This document shows positions 63,001 to 64,000 of a DNA stretch of 64,000 nt, in pieces. Position 1 is the stretch's first letter; each line of letters opens with the position of its first letter. The stretch comes from Prorocentrum cordatum (Eukaryota), in the NCBI GenBank assembly GCA_963575745.1, contig CAUYUJ010000141.1, positions 1-64,000 on the forward strand, written 5' to 3'. A program made the translations under genes and the position numbers. Below the pieces are notes generated by a model that worked only from the letters and a program-made list of their open reading frames with translations, did no database searches and was not told the origin of the DNA.

Positions 63001-64000
63001 CCGCCTCGACCGGCTGGGCCAACTAGCTCCACCCCGCGCCGGAATTCCTCTAGCCCAACGATGCCGAAGAGCTCTACGAGGTACTAGCTCCACCCCGCGC
63101 CGGAATTCCTCTAGCTCATCGATGCCGAAGAGCTCTACGAGGTATTACTGGGCGCCGGCGGTAAACCGTCAACCTTTCTTACCGCCGGGGGACTCGTAGA
63201 GCTTCCTGACAATATATAATGTGGAAAAGAATTTCAGAGAACGACTAGTTTTTCAGCCCAAGCGATTATAGACCTCTCAAGATGACTCTAACAAAACAAA
63301 CGAACAGTTTTCCAATCGAGCTCGAGTATGAAACCGAGTTCAGACCTCTGAATGCGACAGGCGGACGCGTCTGATTTCTGCGGATCGATTCCTGTGATTA
63401 CCAGCTCTGCAGCCCCCCATACAGCCTGAGTTAAGTGAAGAAAACCGAGAGTACCTCTCAGGATGACTCGAATAATACAACAGTTTGGCGGATCCCGGTC
63501 GAGCAGCAGACCGAGTTCCGAGCTCTCGATTCGACGAACGGACGCGCCTGATGTCTCGAAATCGATTCCTGTGACCAGCAGCACTGCAGCCCTCCCCCAA
63601 CACGATTTAAGTACAGAAAACCGAGAGCACTTCTCAAGATGACTCGAACAATACCAATAGGTTCGCGAACCTAGCTCGGGGAGCAGGCCCAGTTCAGAGC
63701 TTTTGATTCAACAGACGAACGCGCCTGATAATTCTCAATCGATTTCTGTGATTATCAGCTCTGTGGCTGCCCTACAGATCGAGTTAAGTACGAAAAACCG
63801 AGAGCGTCTGCTACAATGATTCGAATAATACGAATAGGTTTGCGACCCTAGCTCGGCTAGCAGACCGAGTTCAGACCTCTGGATTCAACAGGCGAACGCG
63901 CCTGATCATTCTGAATGCATTAGCTGTGCTGACCAGCTCTGTAGTTGTCCTGAAGCTCGAGTTATCTTGAGAAAACCGACAGCGCGTATCAAGATGACTC

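Larger units (their letters stand above)
44605..64000 (-). mobile_element. Head-to-tail array of H2-family Helitron2-like modules (higher-order repeat, ~1.1-1.2 kb main unit with ~177 bp monomers)
   Basis: Conserved end a|CTGG(G)CGCCGGCGGTAAACCGTCAACC…TTACCGCCGG…CTCGTAGAGCT at about 45672, 46347, 47905, 49105, 50229, 51314, 52398, 53099, 54300, 54671, 55244, 56732, 57022, 58382, 59361, 59783, 60811, 62350, 62686 and 63148. Full units are 47905-49104 and 53099-54299. The array runs off the window end. Confidence 0.75.

Noticed and set aside
46347..64000. Hammerhead ribozyme/retrozyme in the 177 bp monomers (ctgatga motifs)
   Set aside because: CTGATGA is not conserved (often ctgatgt or ctgatca) and I found no correctly placed stem II + GAAA; an Infernal search would settle it.
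44605..64000. Integron attC or shufflon-type recombination sites
   Set aside because: There is no recombinase or gene cassette in the window, and solo insertions with asymmetric ends fit Helitron2-like elements better.

Overview
This is repeat-dominated, GC-rich eukaryotic DNA. The small exon-like islands with GT/GC-type donors, long AAC/TCC/ATC/GTA microsatellites and 'ccccaagaggcc' repeats suggest a dinoflagellate (inference only). There is no intact recognisable gene, RNA gene or CRISPR array, and almost all listed ORFs are microsatellite or repeat artefacts. From about 0.5 to 39.3 kb, short unique minus-strand islands look like exons of one or more long unknown genes, some apparently with stops or frameshifts, separated by repeats. 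The main signal is at least three families of non-autonomous elements with Helitron2/Helentron (HLE2)-like ends: asymmetric subterminal inverted repeats, a 3' hairpin, a T usually following the 3' end, and no target-site duplication. Family H1 has four complete copies with different internal 89-119 bp tandem arrays; one copy carries a DUF6570-like coding fragment. Family H2 forms a roughly 20 kb head-to-tail array (44.6-64 kb) of modules with one invariant end, a variable other end, interchangeable bodies and ~177 bp internal monomers; a probable RNase H fragment sits at one junction. Family H3 is a 176 bp mini-element nested in H2. All alignments were done by eye and no database searches were run.
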